34,233 nucleotides of DNA from an uncultured Spirochaetaceae bacterium (lineage in GTDB: Bacteria > Spirochaetota > Spirochaetia > CADAEX01), in assembly GCA_902787125.1 (NCBI GenBank), contig CADAEX010000001.1:1-34233 (forward strand). Reading direction: 5' to 3'. How positions within the stretch are numbered: position 1 is the first letter of the stretch; each line of letters opens with the position of its first letter. The notes below the pieces were generated by a model, which was given only the letters and a program-made list of their open reading frames with translations, had not been told where the DNA came from and ran no database searches. The position numbers were made by a program, and so were the translations under genes. Of the stretch, positions 33,870 through 34,233 are shown in pieces.

Positions 33870-34233
33870 GAGAGAAGAAAAACAGTCATTGCTATTTTAA
33901 TGTCGGATATCCTGACAGCGGTATTTTTTCGAAATTTAATTTAAAAAAATTTAATAATAATTCTACACATTTGAAAGATGAAGAAGTAAAAATTCTTGAA
34001 AATAATGGATGCTGGGCCGAGAACTGGAAGCAGATTCAGGTAAAGCGTCCTTTTGATCCAAGCCTTATCCGAGGCACAGGATTCTATGGAACAGTTTATA
34101 TCGGGCGCCTTGAGAAAGGTTTCATCCAGTTCCATGGAGTATCTCATCCAATCGGAATATATGGCTGCCAGATAACCTCATCCTGCATTGACGATTATTC
34201 CTCTCTTTCCCAGAGCACAATCTCTGAATCTCT
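33866..34233 (+). CDS. DUF4954 family protein, 3'-truncated by the window edge
   Basis: Not in the ORF track. Open frame from an ATGA-overlap start at 33866 (alternative TTG 33971): ...HLKDEEVKILENNGCWAENWKQIQVKRPFDPSLIRGTGFYGTVYIG...GIYGCQI, which matches my recollection of DUF4954 N-termini. Confidence 0.72.
   Translation, partial: MREKKNSHCYFNVGYPDSGIFSKFNLKKFNNNSTHLKDEEVKILENNGCWAENWKQIQVKRPFDPSLIRGTGFYGTVYIGRLEKGFIQFHGVSHPIGIYGCQITSSCIDDYSSLSQSTISES

Noticed and set aside
1-34233. CRISPR array, IS elements, rRNA
   Set aside because: No regularly spaced repeats, transposase motifs or rRNA-like sequence were seen.

Overview
Gene-dense bacterial chromosome segment of mostly housekeeping genes. 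It is most likely from a Spirochaetales organism. This is inferred from the AAK+GNAT ArgA, the very large LptD-like protein, a solute-binding protein with a 'SAFAGASKE' N-terminus, a degenerate M23 protein and DUF4954; it is not proven. In order, the window holds: a partial AGCS alanine symporter, a GH73-like lipoprotein and an AAA_14/DUF4143 ATPase (minus); argA-DUF1538-tandem PII-nadK-recN (plus); an EamA transporter with a secreted START-like protein (minus); uvrA-lptD-pgeF-argS (plus); GDPD-MBL hydrolase-thioesterase (minus); a TPP-riboswitch-controlled thiamine ABC operon directly behind tRNA-Asn (minus); a coupled DRTGG / CBS-RsbT-like kinase / DRTGG / PHP / Fe-ADH / Nudix operon (minus); then EamA, pgi, cdd and three envelope or unknown genes. 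No mobile element, prophage or CRISPR array was seen. The most interesting signals are: (1) two candidate ~90-nt sRNAs in tandem between pgi and cdd, each with the same ECF-like promoter motif and CU-rich anti-Shine-Dalgarno loops; (2) a kinase/phosphatase/DRTGG switch placed in front of an alcohol dehydrogenase with no hydrogenase genes alongside; (3) a DUF1538 membrane protein paired with a tandem PII protein that has an internal in-frame ribosome-binding site; (4) repeated exact leaderless-mRNA promoter geometry.
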